Positions 52,651-53,962 of a stretch of DNA of 53,962 bases are shown here, piece after piece. Where the stretch lies: assembly GCA_032718475.1 (NCBI GenBank), contig JAUCBJ010002850.1, forward strand, positions 1 through 53,962, in the 5' to 3' direction. The DNA is from Nemertoderma westbladi. Its lineage: Eukaryota; Animalia; Xenacoelomorpha. Position 1 is the first letter of the stretch; the number at the start of each line of letters is the position of its first letter. The position numbers were made by a program, and so were the translations under genes. The notes beneath the pieces were generated by a model. The model ran no database searches. It was not told the origin of the DNA and saw only the letters and a program-made list of their open reading frames with translations.

Positions 52651-53419
52651 GTGAGAAAAAATCAATAAACGAACTTGCGAAAAATTATGTACCTATCCAA
52701 TCCATGTTCCGGTCTGGGGGGGGGGGGGTACTTTACTTTGTTTTATACTTTGTCTGTCCGTTTGACTGTCAGTCTGCCTGTCCGTTAGTCTTTCCCCAAA
52801 TCAATAGAAAGCATACTATCCGGCTAAAAAAAATTCGTACATAGGTTACTTTGGTCGGTTTTTGGTCGGTGGCCCAAGTTAGCTTTGTCGTGTCTCTCCG
52901 TTATGCCTGTCAGTCTGTTCGTTAAAATATAACCGACAGCCACATTGACAGTTTGGAAGCCATAAAATGTGAAAACTGATATTCGAAATTAATTCTGCGA
53001 CCTTAGGAAATCCCCTTTACCTAAACTTTTAGCGAGCTGATATTTGTATTGTCAAATCACGGAGACGAGATATTAATTCACCGAAAAGGGATTCCGCCTA
53101 CCTCGCCAGTTGTCACTTTTGAGGTTTTTACTGTCTGTGAGATTTCCAGGAAAATGTCTCCGTTGAATTCTAATAACTGCTTCGCAATAAGCCAACAATT
53201 TTTATCTGCTCACCAGAAGGTATCTGATTGACTTAACAATTCCCCACCAATGTAATACTTTGGCTTTCTGCTGTTGGTAATAGGCGGCAATCTCACCGGA
53301 AGCTGCGACCTTCCGATATAATTACCTGCTGATTGACATATCGGCTCGACAAGTTGCATCCAATAATTGAGATTTTATTTGCTATGATTTTGTGCCGATG
53401 TTAAGAAGGTAACGTGTGT

Positions 53420-53595
53420 GATGGCGTGGGATATTGTGGGCGCCACACTAACTCACAAAGCTGAGCACTCCATAAACATCCAACCCAACCGCCACGGGAT
53501 CGAACCTGGGATGCCCCCCCCCCCCCCCCCCCCCCGGCTAGAAGCACAGCGAGTGACCTGGTGGAGTTGTCCTAGTCGGGCAGCACCTAAGAGAA
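53420..53595 (-). mobile_element. Probable tRNA-derived SINE head
   Basis: Minus strand ..gacaactccaccag..ttctagccggg..catcccaggttcgatcccgtgg with B box ggttcgatccc; related to 16655-16740. Confidence 0.45.
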
Positions 53596-53659
53596 CATTG
53601 AGTAACATTGTTTATCAACCGACCACGTTGTTATTTGACCACTTTTCTTTTTTCTTCAG

Positions 53660-53765
53660 ATTCTGACCTTCTTGCTGGGAAGGTGACAGTGTCTCTCCCG
53701 GCTCTTTCCGTTCTGTCCACCGAAGAATCCATCGACGTAGATATCGTATATCACAGAAAGAAAAC
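53660..53765 (+). CDS. SLC8A: NCX coding exon 7 (probable start of first Calx-beta domain); gene continues past window
   Basis: Acceptor ttttcttttttcttcag|; DSDLLAGKVTVSLPALSVLSTEESIDVDIVYHRKK resembles the first strands of Calx-beta; donor AC|gtaagt at 53766; phase 1/2. Confidence 0.8.
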
Positions 53766-53800
53766 GTAAGTATGACGTCACTCTGGTAAGGGATTGATGG

Positions 53801-53962
53801 AATTTTGGTAAAGTTTTTTTTTGTATCATTGATATAAATCTGTGACTAATTTTGGTAAAGTTTTTTTGTATCCTTGATATAAATCTGTGACTAATTTTGG
53901 TAAAGTTTTTTTGTATCCTTGATATAAATCTGTGATTAATTTTGGTTAAGTTTTTTTGTATC
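53801..53962. repeat. 45-bp minisatellite (aattttggtaaagtttttttgtatccttgatataaatctgtgact), truncated by window end
   Basis: About 3.5 copies visible, beginning 35 nt after the exon-7 donor. Confidence 0.88.

Overview
Eukaryotic genomic DNA, most likely an invertebrate animal (AT-rich introns, GT-AG splicing, animal-type LINEs, SINEs and MITEs). The one clearly supported protein-coding gene is the 5' part of a + strand Na+/Ca2+ exchanger (SLC8/NCX family). I can join seven coding exons in continuous phase: 5380-5613, 11710-12210, 27502-27612, 30859-31010, 44883-45032, 52505-52650 and 53660-53765, giving 1400 nt (~466 codons). The gene continues beyond the window. Roughly 60-65% of the window is tandem repeat, in about 13 mostly unrelated mini/macro-satellites, and these account for nearly all long ORFs in the track. 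The most striking pattern is that most arrays start at or just after a 5' splice site, each with a different unit. Two arrays are tandem amplifications of the exon end plus the donor itself, and others are built from 3'-splice-site-like units. Also present are two candidate in-frame microexons, a TTAA piggyBac-like element inserted in a minisatellite, a 9-bp-TSD MULE-like MITE, a two-copy MITE, RTE- and CR1-like LINE 3' fragments, and two related tRNA-derived SINE heads. All coordinates, copy numbers and family calls were read by eye; no searches were run.
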